From Paraspadella gotoi (Eukaryota > Animalia > Chaetognatha): a DNA stretch of 64,000 bases. Of this stretch, positions 48,827 through 60,949 are shown in pieces. The first letter of the stretch is position 1. Every line of letters starts with the position of its first letter. Below the pieces are notes generated by a model that saw only the letters and a list, made by a program, of their open reading frames with translations, made no database searches and had not been told where the DNA came from. A program made the translations under genes and the position numbers. The DNA lies in assembly GCA_051294375.1 (NCBI GenBank), contig CM119267.1, forward strand, positions 7,137,205 through 7,201,204, given 5' to 3'.

Positions 48827-51004
48827 TCTCCTCTTNNNNNNNNNNNNNNNNNNNNNNNNNGCTTCTTCTTTTAACGACCTTTCGGTCGGCTGAGCTTTCT
48901 AGGACCGCGGAGCCTGAAGACGCGTCACGGCGCCTTAAGAAGCGACGCAGCGCCCGCAGCGCCGCCTGGACGACCTTCACTGCCGACCCTCAACTTTTCA
49001 CCTGAGCGCTCGCTAGAGTTCACACTTTTCCTTTCGCATTGTCGCAATCGCCTTTCACAATATCATCTCACTGCTCTTACAATCATGATTTTCACAAACC
49101 GATTTCCGTTTCGAATTCACTTGAAGCAGAATTTTCAGAAAACTTTTAAAACTACCAACATTTTCATATTTAGTTTGCCCTGGAGTCTGGACTAGTCGAG
49201 CTACCGTTGATACCTAACCCAAATATTCATTCGGACTCGTTTCCCCTTTATCGTTAATTTCGGCGATGTCAGAGTTCCACCTCCCCAACCTCCCGTTCCA
49301 TCTTTCCCAGCCTCGAGCCGCAGCCACTTAAAAGGATCTTTTTACATCCGTTAAAAACTCATTTGGAGTTTCTCGAAGAGTCACATATTCTCTCTCCTCT
49401 CCTCTCCTCTTCTCTCTCTCTCTCTTTCATCCTTGAGGGTATTCTCCCTCTCTCTCTTCTCTCTCTCTCTTTTTCTTTTGAAGTTTTCATTTTTTGAGCC
49501 GATGTGTCGGAGAAGAAGAAGAGAGAGAAGAAAATTATATATATATATATAATAAGCGAGTCTACGGTGTCTTAGAATCGAGGAAGATTTTTAATGGAGA
49601 CTTTTCGTAAAATCTGACTACCTATAATTTGCAACGCCCTGGGAAAAATTCGGGTAAAAAGTCAGATGTAAAACACTGCGATTCCGATCCTGTTGTACTC
49701 CTCGAAGGCTGCATTTTTGTTCTCTGACAAGTTAACCATATTTTGACATCAAACCAAGATCAAATAGACTGGTCGACTCGGGAAAATATTTATTGACGCA
49801 ATTTGTATCATATAAATCTAAGGGATTTCTCAACTTCAATCAATTACGCATTTTAAGGTATGTTTGTCATTTTACAATAAACTTCAAATTAGGAATCCGC
49901 AATAGCAATTATTGTCTGAAGGCTAATCAAGAATCTTTTTCTTCACATCTTTTATTTGGTTATTTTAACTATGATACGACAGGTAAAGGTGAATTAGTCC
50001 ATTTTGGTGAAATTTTATTTAAAGGTAAAAGGTAAAGAGGATGCTAAGGATCGGAAATGTCTAAAGTTTTCAATAACCGGGAGTCAGATTCGGAAAAAAT
50101 CTATATGGCGAAATCTCCAAAGAAGGGGTGGATTCCGAAGATTTTTGGTTAATTATTTCATATTTTGTCGGAATTTTTTGTAAACTTTAACAATAGCAAT
50201 GTTGCATAATTCTACATTGTCCGGTCAAAGAAGATATTAGAAGATCTGACTTTTTCGTCAGAGCTTAAGTCCTAATATATATATGAGAGAGAGAAGAGAG
50301 AGAGAGAAGAGAGAGAGAGAAGAGGAGAGAAAGGTTTCCCCTTTTATGCTTTTCCGAACTTTTTCACTGATTTGCACCTTTTTTTTTCTTTTAATCCGCT
50401 TTTCCTTTCAACGCTTTTTTCTCTTCGGTTCGACGTTTAAACTCTTATTTCATTACAAAACATATTTTCAAACGCATTATAAGCATTCACAACAACGCTC
50501 CACTAATTAATCTTTGCCTTAACAAAGTCTTCTCTATTCATCGTCCCCTTTTCTTTCTCTCTTCTTTTCTTTCACTCCCTTTTCACTCCCTTCACAAGTT
50601 CACAGGCAACAACACCCCTCCGTCCCCCGCCCAAGTTCTACGCGCAATCTTTCACTGTTTATACTAGCGTCAAAAATCTCCCCGTAAATCTTTCCTCGCT
50701 CGCATTATCGACTTCTGAAGGGAGAGTGAAAAGAGAAGAAGAGATGAGATGAGGTTAGAAGGAAGAGAGAGAGAGAGAGAGAGAGAAGGAGTTATAATCT
50801 AGANNNNNNNNNNNNNNNNNNNNNNNNNGCGCGCCACCCCCCTGAGAGACATGAGAGAGCAGACATGACAGCAGAGCACATGAGAGACATGCGACGACGA
50901 GAGCGATGACCAGAGAGAGGACAGAGAGAGGAGAGGAGAAAGACGGCAGACGATGCGAAGAGACGAGAGGCAGAGAGAGCGCGCGGAGCCGGACGCGCGA
51001 CGAG

Positions 51005-51950
51005 AGAACAGTGAAGATGGTCTGGTCAGACTTCATACCAGTTTCGAATTTAAAAATTTAAGAAATGATATCTGGAATTACTAGTGTATTGTTTAAACGC
51101 CATATAAGAATGGTAAAAAAATATGCATACGATAACATATAGTTTTTTTAGCGTTTTCTGTCCAATTTAAATAAAAATAATTTTTTAAAATAAATTTTTT
51201 CAAAGAATCCAACTCTGGCCTTAGAATTTTTAAAAAAGGTTTATTTTCAAGCTTTTGGCGCCTTATTATAATGAATAATTACTCTTCGACAGTTTTAAAG
51301 ATTATTCTGTCTGAATTCGGTTGTCTTATATTATCACCTACACCAATTATTATCTCCCGTCGTCGTCGCTTTGTTTTTTAAAAAAGGCTTGCTCAATTCT
51401 CATCTTGTTCAACTATGCCTCGAAGTTCTTCTCCATAACTTAATTTTTTTTTGTTTAGACGCGATTTCTTTCAAGATTGCGGATTTTCCTTTCTTTCTCA
51501 TGTGCTGTTGTGTGGTGTTTCTAGAGACTTCGCTTGAGCTGCGACGTTCATCCTGCCGCCGCCTTTGGCGCCGGTCGGCTACGACGAACTCGGGCCATTT
51601 TCGCTCCACCTGGTTCGAGCGTTAACGTCTTAAATTACAAAACATATTTCAGACAATCCCATTATAAGCATTGTAGCATACAACGCTCCCACTAATTAAT
51701 CCTTTGCGCTATACAAAGTCTTGCTCTATTCAGTGCGTTCCCGTTTCTTTCTCGCTCTTCTTTTCCTTTCGCTCACGCTTTCACTCGCTCTCACAAGGTC
51801 ACACGCAACGAACACACCCTCCGTCCACCGCCCAAGTTCTGCACAGCGCATCATCTTTCAACGGTCTTAGTACGTAGCGTCAAAAATCTCCCCCGTAAGT
51901 TCTGTTGCCCTCCGCGCTGCGCAGCAGATGTATTCAGAAACTTTCTAGAA
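51005..51950. repeat. Noisy copies of 44895-45410 and 50455-50730 joined together
   Basis: Colinear matches with heavy insertion noise after the N gap at 50804-50828. Confidence 0.7.
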
Positions 51951-52474
51951 GGGCAGGAAGGAAGAGTGAGATGAGTAGAGAGAGAGAGAGAGAGACGCAG
52001 ACGTACTGCGAACAGGAAAGTAGAAGAACAGAGAAGAGAAGAGAGAGAGATGCACGACTTCGGAGGAGAGAACGAGAGATGAGAGAGAGAGTGCAGAGCC
52101 GGCGGAGAGAGAGTGAGACCAGAGAGAGAGAGAGTCCACTAAATTCCTAATTTTCTTTCAGCCTCAGCGTTCTTTAAGAGCGTGATAAGAAAACATACGA
52201 GACAGTTTGCTCTCGAGTGACGGTGTCTCCCTCGGTACCGGCCATTTTTTTTTTTTTCTACATTAATGGTCGTCTTTGTTTTTTTTCCGTTTAGCTTTAT
52301 ATTTACGACTTAACAACATTTTTTTTATCCCGCTTTTCCCATTGTCGCTATTTATTTTAGACTTTTTAATTTTCCTTTTTATTCTTTAATATTATTTGAA
52401 ATTTTTCATTTAAACTCTTTTTCTTTCATTTGTCATTTTTTTAAAATGTATTGTATTCGTTTACTAAGTCTCAA

Positions 52475-55190
52475 TTTCCGGTCCTTTTGTTTTTGTTAAC
52501 AAGTTCTTTCATCGCTCCCGCGAGAGGTCGCCCGGGAAAAAATGGGCAAACCGGCCTAATCCTCGGATTTCAACTGGTGGTGATAGAGAGGGGGGCGGGC
52601 GCAGGGGGGGGAGTTAATTGGTTATTCATTCCACCTTAAGCTTCGCGCCAAATTCCCGCCCCTTACCCACCTCCTTTGAAGGTCTTTTTCTAAAAAAAAG
52701 ATGTAATATGTAGAAAAGTTGAAAAATATAAATTTTTTTCCCAGTATTATACTTTTTTTGGACATAACTTCAATTTTATTCCGCTAAAAAAAAAATTTAC
52801 GACCACTATAAAAAAAAATTGACTTTTCAAGAGAAAAGTTTATGAGATACAACTTGCTGCTTTATGCTAATGAGATTTTATGTTCGCTTCTTTAACCCGC
52901 CCCGAGCCGAGAGTCGAGCGTCGTTGTCTCACGAGGTATAACCTTAGCAAAAAAAAACCACCAAACCCCACCATTTCTTGCACCCGGCCAACCACCCTAG
53001 CTCCCACCCCCAACCAACGCCGCCTCGAATACCGGAAAAAAACGTGAAGAACAAAAAGGTTTGCTCGGCGACGACTAACGAGCCTTTGATGGAGGCTCCC
53101 ATCGAAGCGGAGGAGAAGGGACCGACAGAAACGACCGACAAAAACGAAGGGTTTGTCGTTGGCGACGGCCGACGGGCGCAGTCGTGACGGGCCCGACACA
53201 CGGTAGTGAAGAAGGAGATGAAGGAAGGAAAAGAGGAGAAAAGAAAAGAAAATAAAAAAGGAAATTAAAGAAAAAGAAAGAATATGAAAGGAAGGAAAAT
53301 ACAAAGAGAAAAGGAGATTAAAGGAGAGGAAAGGAAAAAAAAGAAAATAAAAAAGGTATAACAATTCCTAAGCCCCGTTATTAATAAGATAAAAAAGAGA
53401 GAAAAGTTATAGCATTTCCCAAGAAGAAGAAAAGAAATAAAAAAGAATATAAAGAAAAGTATTGCGGTTTTCTGAAAAACGAAACCATAGTCATAGAGGA
53501 TTTGGGTTTAAAATCGGAAAATTGAAACTTGGCGCGCATTTTTTTTCCTTTCAAACTCAAAAGTGAAAAAGTCCATAATCGAAATAGTAAAGTCAATAAA
53601 TTAAGCGGAATAGACGTTTCTTGTGGGAACAAAATTAAGCGGGAGTTAACAAGATAATAATTTTGCGCTACAAACTCGTAAGACGTCGCTGCCCGCGCGT
53701 GGAGCCGTTTTTGTTTTTAAATCGGGCCAGAGACGACCGATTCATTTTCCGTCCTTTCTGTTTTCTTGTTAAAAGTTCTCTTCAATCCGGCTCCGCGAGC
53801 AGCGTCGCGCGCAAAAACACTGGCGCCGCGCTAATCCTCGGATTCAACTGGTGGGTCGCATAGCAGAGGGCGGGCGAAGCGGGAGCGAGCTTCACTTCTG
53901 TTATTCCATTCCAGCTTCAGTTGCGCGTCACATCTCCGCACGTTACCCCAGCTTCCTGCTGAAGTTCTTTTTCTCAAAAACCAAATGTAATATGGTAGAA
54001 AGTTGAACAAATAAAACTATTCTTTCAGCATTTATACCCTGTTTTTTGGACATGACACTTCATTTTATATCCGTCGCTTAAAAATAAATTACGACACTGA
54101 TAACAACAAAACCAATTTGACTTTCAAAGTACGATGTTTTGACAGATACAACTTGCCTGCTGTATCATACTACTGAGATTTTATGTTCCGCTTCTTTAAA
54201 ACACGCGGACCGAGCCGCCGAGAGTCGAGCGCTCCCGTTTGCTCTACCTGAGGTATACTCTATGCAAAAAGAAAACCACCAACAATGCCCCAACCCAATT
54301 TCTTCCACCGCGGCCGGGCAAAACCACGCCTAGGCTCCGCCACCTCCAACCAACGCCGCCCTGGAATAACCGGAAAAACGTGGAAGAACAAAGAAGGATT
54401 TGGGCTCGGCGACGGACTAACGGAGCCTTTGATGGAGGCCTCCCATCGAAGCGGAGGAGAAGGCGACCGTAGGACAAGAACGATAACGAAGACAACAAAG
54501 GCTCTGGGTTTGGCGTGCTGCCGGAGGCATCCTGCGGCGCAGTCGTGACGGGGCCCGACCACGTAGTGAAAAGAGTAAAGGAAAAAGGAAAAGAAGGGGA
54601 GCAAAGAGAACAGTATAATGAGAAAAAATAAAAAAAAGTGAAAATTAAGAAAAGAGAAGAAAATGAATACGCCCGGCAAGGAAAATACCAAAAGAGAAAG
54701 GAGAGTTTAAAGGAGGGAGAAAGGAAAAAAGAAATATAGACAAGCAATTCAGCCGCTAAGCACCGATTATTATAAGAATACATAAACATGATAGCACAAC
54801 GGCATAAAAACAGTGAAACGCGTTAGTCAGCATTTTCCGCCAAAAGAAGAAAGAATAAAAACGAATATTACAACGGAACACGAGATTGCGGTTTTCTGAA
54901 AAACGAACGCATGAGAGGAATTTGGGTTGTAAAAATACGAAAATTGAAATTTTGGTCGCGCATTTTCTTTTTTTCGCGTTTCTAGAACGTCAAATAGAAG
55001 TGACCAAACAGCTCCATAAATCAAATGTAAAAGCTAATGAAAATTACAAGCGGCAACTCGGACTTTCTTGTGGGAACAAAACTTAACGCGGATCAGTTAA
55101 CGAAAAGTATAACTTAATATTTGCGCGCTCGTAACAAACTCGTAACGACGTCGCTCCCGGCATGGCGTGGAGCACGTTTTGTTTGTTTTG
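52475..55190. repeat. ~1.3-kb tandem duplication (52475-53720 vs 53735-55190)
   Basis: Colinear match; the second copy has many single-base insertions. Confidence 0.8.
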
Positions 55191-56111
55191 AAAAATTGCG
55201 CGAGAGATGAGCCATCTCTCTCTTCGGTCTTCTCTCTCCGCCTCTCTCGTCCTCATCTCTAGCTGCTCTCTGCTCTCGTTCTCTCGCTTCTCATTCTCTC
55301 GTCCTCCTCCGTCGTGGTTCCTCGTCTCCGCTCTCTCTCGGTCGGTTGTCGATTTAGTTGTATTCTCCGCGCGTGAAATTCCGGTTTTGCCCCTTCTCCA
55401 ACGGTTTGAAGATTGCCTTTCAGGTGGCGAAACCCAACAGAAAAGCTGCTTGAGTAGAAGTGAAGAGGAAGAGGATTGTTTGTACGCAGGAGGGGTGTTG
55501 AGAGCAAGAATGNNNNNNNNNNNNNNNNNNNNNNNNNAAGGATTTTTAAGCAGAGGTGTTGGAGACAGAATGACGATGACGACGACGACAACGATAATTA
55601 TGACAGCGATGATGACGACGACAGTGCCAAGAGTAAAATGAAATATTTAAACAACGAAAATCACAATATCCTTTTGATTTTCAATTTTGGCCGGAATTCA
55701 TGAAAAAGCTCAATTTCAGTTTATATTACCAATTATATTATTAGTTATTATATATATATATATATATATATTAGTTATTATATCATTTTTTTAGTATTAT
55801 TGAATTTAACAAAAAACAAAAGTTTTTAAAGAAAAAAGCTGATGAAGACTCAAAAAACATTTTAAATAAATTGTTATAAAAGCCAATAAAAACTCTTGTC
55901 TTTAATTAAATATATTAGCTAAAAATAAGTTAAGGGATTAGGAACAGAAATGGGGAACATTTGGAAAATAGTGCTACGATCTCTTCGAGACCAACAACAA
56001 CAACGACGACGACAAAACGAGAACGTAAGAGTCTCTCGTAGAAACAAAAGCGACGAAGCAGAAAGAAAATCTCTGTAAAGAGAAGAAACAGAAATAGATT
56101 AAGGGGAAGAA

Positions 56112-56420
56112 GAAAGGAAAATAAGGAAGAAGTAAAAGATAAAAGAAAAGAAAATAAGGAAGAAGTAAAATATAAAGGAAAAGAAAATAAGGAAGAAGTA
56201 AAAGATAAAAGAAAAGAAAATAAGGAAGAAGTAAAAGATAAAAGAAAGGAAAATAAGCAAGAGGTAAAAGATAAAAGAAAAGAAAATAAGGAAGAATAAA
56301 AGATAAAGGAAAAGAAAATAAGGAAGAAGTAAAAGATAAAAGAAAAGAAAATAAGGAAGAAGTAAAAGATAAAGGAAAAGAAAATAAGGAAGAAGTAAAA
56401 GATAAAAGAAAAGAAAATAC
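56112..56420. repeat. 33-bp purine-rich minisatellite, about 9 copies
   Basis: Unit aagaaaataaggaagaagtaaaagataaaagaa; gives the FFLIFFSFIFY repeats in the ORF track. Confidence 0.9.
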
Positions 56421-56426
56421 GAAAGA

Positions 56427-56717
56427 AGTACTCGCGGAGCAACTCTATAAGTCACTTTTCGGTCGGTCTGTCGGTCGGTTGGTCGGTATGTCTGTCTGTC
56501 TGTCCTACTTACGTTAAAAATGATCATAACTCGCCTGTAGTGAGTTGCTCAATTTTAAAAATCCTCAAATTTAAGCCGCCTCCAGGAAATAATACAACTA
56601 TAAAGAATAAAAAAAGTTATTGAAGTCATGTAGTAATGTAATGTCATGTGATCAGAGGGAAATACTCGTGAAAATAAAGTTACTGCGGTGCAACACGTTA
56701 GATTAACCGATCTTGTT
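56427..56717 (+). mobile_element. Non-autonomous Helentron/HINE (DINE-1-like) element, 5' end truncated
   Basis: AGTACTCGCGGAGCAACTCTATAAGTCACTTTTC, then (GGTC/TGTC)n, ending CCGATCTTGTT. A noisy inverted duplicate lies at about 57977-58265. Confidence 0.65.
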
Positions 56718-58997
56718 AAATTTCCAAACTCGCGTTCAAACCGTGTAGCGCCAGAGGTCAGGTCAGCGTCAAGATAATTCCAAAGGCGCTCAGAACTAAA
56801 TTATCTCTGAGTAAAAACTTGAATGAAAACTAACAAACTTAGAATTTGAATCTCAATTCGTCTGGCATCTTAAAATGATTTAACGAAGTCTCCACGTTTT
56901 TATCCAAATTTTTTTATTAAAGCCGTATTCTTTTTTTTTTTAAATTCGTAAAAGTTTTTTTTTCGATCCTCGTAAAGNNNNNNNNNNNNNNNNNNNNNNN
57001 NNTTCCTAAAATTTTTGATGGATTCTTGATACGAGCAAAAAAGGAAACAAGAAAATATTAATTCAGCTTTTAAAAATTCTACTTTTCGATTGAAAATATA
57101 AAAGAAACTGATTAAAATCATCGAAAGTGACGATGATGATGATTTTTACATTTTTCTTATTTTACCCACTTATCGTAAAAATAATTTAAAAAGAATCAAC
57201 TTTGCAGACAACTTTTTAGAGCTATCTGAATCTGTCTTAAAATTTAAAAATGTCACAAAAAATTTACCTTTCCTATCTATAAATAAATATTAAAAAATTA
57301 ATTACTAGGTATAGCAGCCTTATTAGAAATTTTTTGTCCTTGAAAATTCTTTTAAAAAATGTTCTAATTATTCGGTATGAGCATGTACTCACTCTTAAAT
57401 TTTGACTCACCCCATTGAGTGCCTACCCCTAACAAACTTAAACTTAAACTTCAAGTTAACTGAAGCTGCCTTCATAACGACTTACCAGACGTCAATAATA
57501 CCTAATATTTTAAAATCTTTCCAACACCAACGCCCCCCCGTGAAAAAAAAAATGGCGATGCGATCAACCCTAAAAATCAATTTCCGTATCGCCATTTTCC
57601 TCCGCCCAAAAATTCTTCACCGATTACCGGAATTTTTCTTTTTTTTTTTTTTTGCCGGAAATCGATCCTCGGCCGACGATCCGCCGAGATTCTTTTCCGG
57701 CGCGCCAAGAGAAGTGACGTCTCCTTTTACGAGGATCGAAAAAAAAACTCTTTACGAATTTAAAAAAAAAAGAATACGCTTATATAAAAAAATTTGATAA
57801 AAACGTGGAGACTGTCGTTAAATCATTAACGATGCCAGACGAATTGAGATTCAAATTCAAGTTTGTTAGTTTCATTCAAGTTTTTACTCAGAGATAATTT
57901 ATTCTGAGCCTTTGGAATTATCTTGGACGCTAACCTGACCTTCTGGCGCTACACGTTTTGAACGCAGATTTGGAAATTTAACAAGTCGATCTTAACGTGT
58001 TGCACGCATGTAACTTTACTTTTCCGATATTTCCCTCTGATACATACATTACATTACTACATGACTTCAATAACTTTTTTATTTCATAAATATAGTGGTA
58101 TATTTTCCTGGAGGCGGCTTAAAATTTGAGACTTTTAAATTGACAACTCACTACAGGCGAGTTATAATCTATTTTTAACGATAGTAGGACAGACAGAAAA
58201 CTCATACCGACCAACCAGACCGACAAACCGACCGAAAAGTGACTTAAATGTTCTCCGCGCAGTACTTCTTCTACTATTCTTTTCTTTATCTTTTACTCTT
58301 CCGTTATTTCTTTTCCTTTATCTTTTACTTTTCCTTATTTTCTTTCTTTATCTTTACTTCCTTCCTTATTTCTATTTTCCTTGTATCTTTTATTCTTTCC
58401 TTATTTCTTTTTTCTATCTTTTAACTCTTGCTTATTATTTCCTTCGTTATCTTTTACTTCTTCCTTATTTTCTTTTCTTTTATCTTTTACTTCTTCCTTA
58501 TTTTCTTTTCCTTTTATATTTACTTCTTCCCTTATTTTCTTTCTTTTATCGTTTACTTCTTCCTTATTTCCTTCTTCTTCCCCTTAATCTATTTCTGTTT
58601 CTTCTCTTTTACAGATGATTTTCCGTTCTGCTTCGTCCCTTTGTTTCTACAGAGACGTCGAATTTTAAAAAAATATTTTTTGCTCTATATAGTAATATAC
58701 CAATTTACCAATTTACCAATTTACCAATGTACCAATTTCATAATATTTTTAATTAGGCGAGTACCCTCAGAAGAAAGCATTTTTGACAAAAAAATATTTT
58801 AATACCATAATCTATGGTCATGATAGATTATTTTAACGCTGTATACATTAGCATTTAAATTTCATCGGCTATGGCTAGTTATGTTAGTGTTAAAACTAAG
58901 TTAATTTGAAGTTTAATGTAAAATCAAAGTTGGTACTAGATTTTTTATTAAAGTGAAAACCGAACCGTACGGAGTAGACAAGCTGGGGACGAGGACA

Positions 58998-59150
58998 AAT
59001 GAATGAATGAATGAATGACTGAATGACTGAATGACTGAATGAATGAATGAATGAATAAATGAATGAATGAATGATTGAATGAATGAATGAATGAATGAAT
59101 GAATGAATGAACTAATGAATGAATTAATTAATAAATGAATGAATGAATGA
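58998..59150. repeat. (GAAT)n microsatellite
   Basis: Read directly. Confidence 0.9.
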
Positions 59151-59972
59151 AAGAATAAATGATTGATTTATATATTTCATAACATTCAGCTCCTTGTATT
59201 TTGACGCTAGTGCTTACAAAAATAATTCACCGATCTATTTCTTAAGGGATATTAATCAACTAGACTGTGAAAGAGTCTTGATTGCGAGCTTCCAGGGCCT
59301 CTCCAACGTTGGGAGATAAGATAGCTAATTCATTGAACGAATAGATAATTTTTTTTACTGGTTGTTCCTCCTTCATAGCCTCAACATCAACAGCAACAAC
59401 AGCAAACCAACAGCCCTTCAATCGCGACAAAACTTCGAAACAGAGAGTCGCGCGAATTCGCATCCTTAAAAGAAAACGGAATCGCATCTTTTCCCTCTCG
59501 ACGTTCATTTTTTACGGTTTTTCATTTCGGAGAAAATTTATTTCTTTAAATTAAAAAAAAAAAGTTTACTTGCTCCGTGGAGACGGTGAATGGGACGCGG
59601 AATGGGAGGAAGGAAGGTGTGAGGAAGAAAGGTGAGGAAGAAAGGTGAGGAGAGGAAAGGAAAGGAAAGGAAAGGAAGATTGAAGAGGAGGAAAAGAAAA
59701 GAGACGACAGGAAAGGCAATGAATGGAAAGGAGATGAAAGGAAAGCAAAGGAAAGGAATGGAAAGGAGATGAAAGGAAAGCAAAGTAAAGGAAAGTAAAG
59801 GAAAGGAAAGGAAAGGAAAGATTAGAAAAAGAAAGGAGAGAATAGGAAAGGAAAGGACAGTACAAAATTAAAGAAATAGAAAATATTAGAAATAGAAAAC
59901 AGAATTAAAATGAGAAACAAGAAAAAGATCATAAAAAAGAATGAAAAAGAAGAGAAGATATAAGAAAAAAGA

Positions 59973-60368
59973 AACAAGAACGGTAATTCAAATGTGTGTC
60001 CCTGAAGCGACTGCCTTATCACGTGTATTTCTCGTGACATGATATGACCTGACGTGACATGACATGAATATATACAATAACTTATTAACTTTCTTAGGCC
60101 GTGTATTTATGAAATGCACTGCATCAAAATTCTGTCTTTTATTCCTTATAGTATTAGGATTTCCTTAAGGCGGCGCTAGCAGACCCTTAGATTTGAGGTT
60201 TTATCCTGTCTTAACAAATGAGCAAACAACTATTGGCATATTATATGCATTTTTAATGTAAGTTGGACAGACCGACGGACAGACATAGCGACCGACCGAC
60301 CGACCGACCGACCGTCCGAAAAGTGAATTATAGAGTTGCTCCGCGAGTACTCGCAGCACAACTAAAAA
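59973..60368 (-). mobile_element. Non-autonomous Helentron/HINE (DINE-1-like) element
   Basis: Terminal T-run, hairpin AGTTGCTCCGCGAGTACTCGCAGCACAACT (60334-60363), (GACC)n array; the other end reads CTTGTT on the minus strand. Confidence 0.65.
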
Positions 60369-60671
60369 GAAAAAATAGTAAGAATTAAGAGAAGAGAAAA
60401 TGAGAAGAGGGTAAATTTTCTTCGCACCTGAACTCCGATTAAAAAAGATTTAAATTTCCGCGGGTAAAATACGATGTCCGGATGAAACTCATAAAAAGGG
60501 AAGAAAAAAAAGAAAGAAAAAAAGAGAAAGCGAAAAAAGCAAAAAGTAAGAGAGGAGAGTTTAAAAGTAGGAAAAAATGTAATAAAAAGTAATAAGAGCC
60601 AACGAGAAATGGCCCTTAAATGCCCCGACGCGGTAATTTGCCTCTCGGGGTCTCAGGTTTTCTTTTTTGGA

Positions 60672-60714
<43 letters not shown>

Positions 60715-60949
60715 AGAGAGAGGAGAGAGAGAGAGAGGAGAGAGAGAGAGATGAGTCGATACTAATCTCGAAAAATACGAGAATATGAAGAGTTAGAAAT
60801 TAAAATCAGCACACATTCAAGTTAAGAAATTTTTGAAAGAAATAAGCTGAAAAAAAAACTGATGTGTAAATAACTGTTTTATTATTTTACATGCGCCTTA
60901 TGCTACACTGATTGTAATTTTTGAACTTTTGTGTCCCTAATTTTTCTGT

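Larger units (their letters stand above)
56031..58657. repeat. Inverted duplication (56031-56977 vs 57725-58657) across a 25-N gap
   Basis: Reverse-complement match including the 33-bp minisatellite and the HINE-like element; the second copy is deletion-rich. Confidence 0.8.

Noticed and set aside
55838-55875. Penelope-type minimal hammerhead (CTGATGAAGAC...)
   Set aside because: The GAAAC half of the core and the stem II complement are missing.
55930-56527. Repetitive hydrophobic ORFs resembling a membrane protein, or a CRISPR-like array
   Set aside because: A 33-bp head-to-tail minisatellite without unique spacers, in a eukaryotic context with no cas genes.
59260-59508. 82-aa minus-strand ORF as a gene
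   Set aside because: Part of a dispersed repeat whose other copy (about 28670-28840) does not keep the frame; no recognisable domain.
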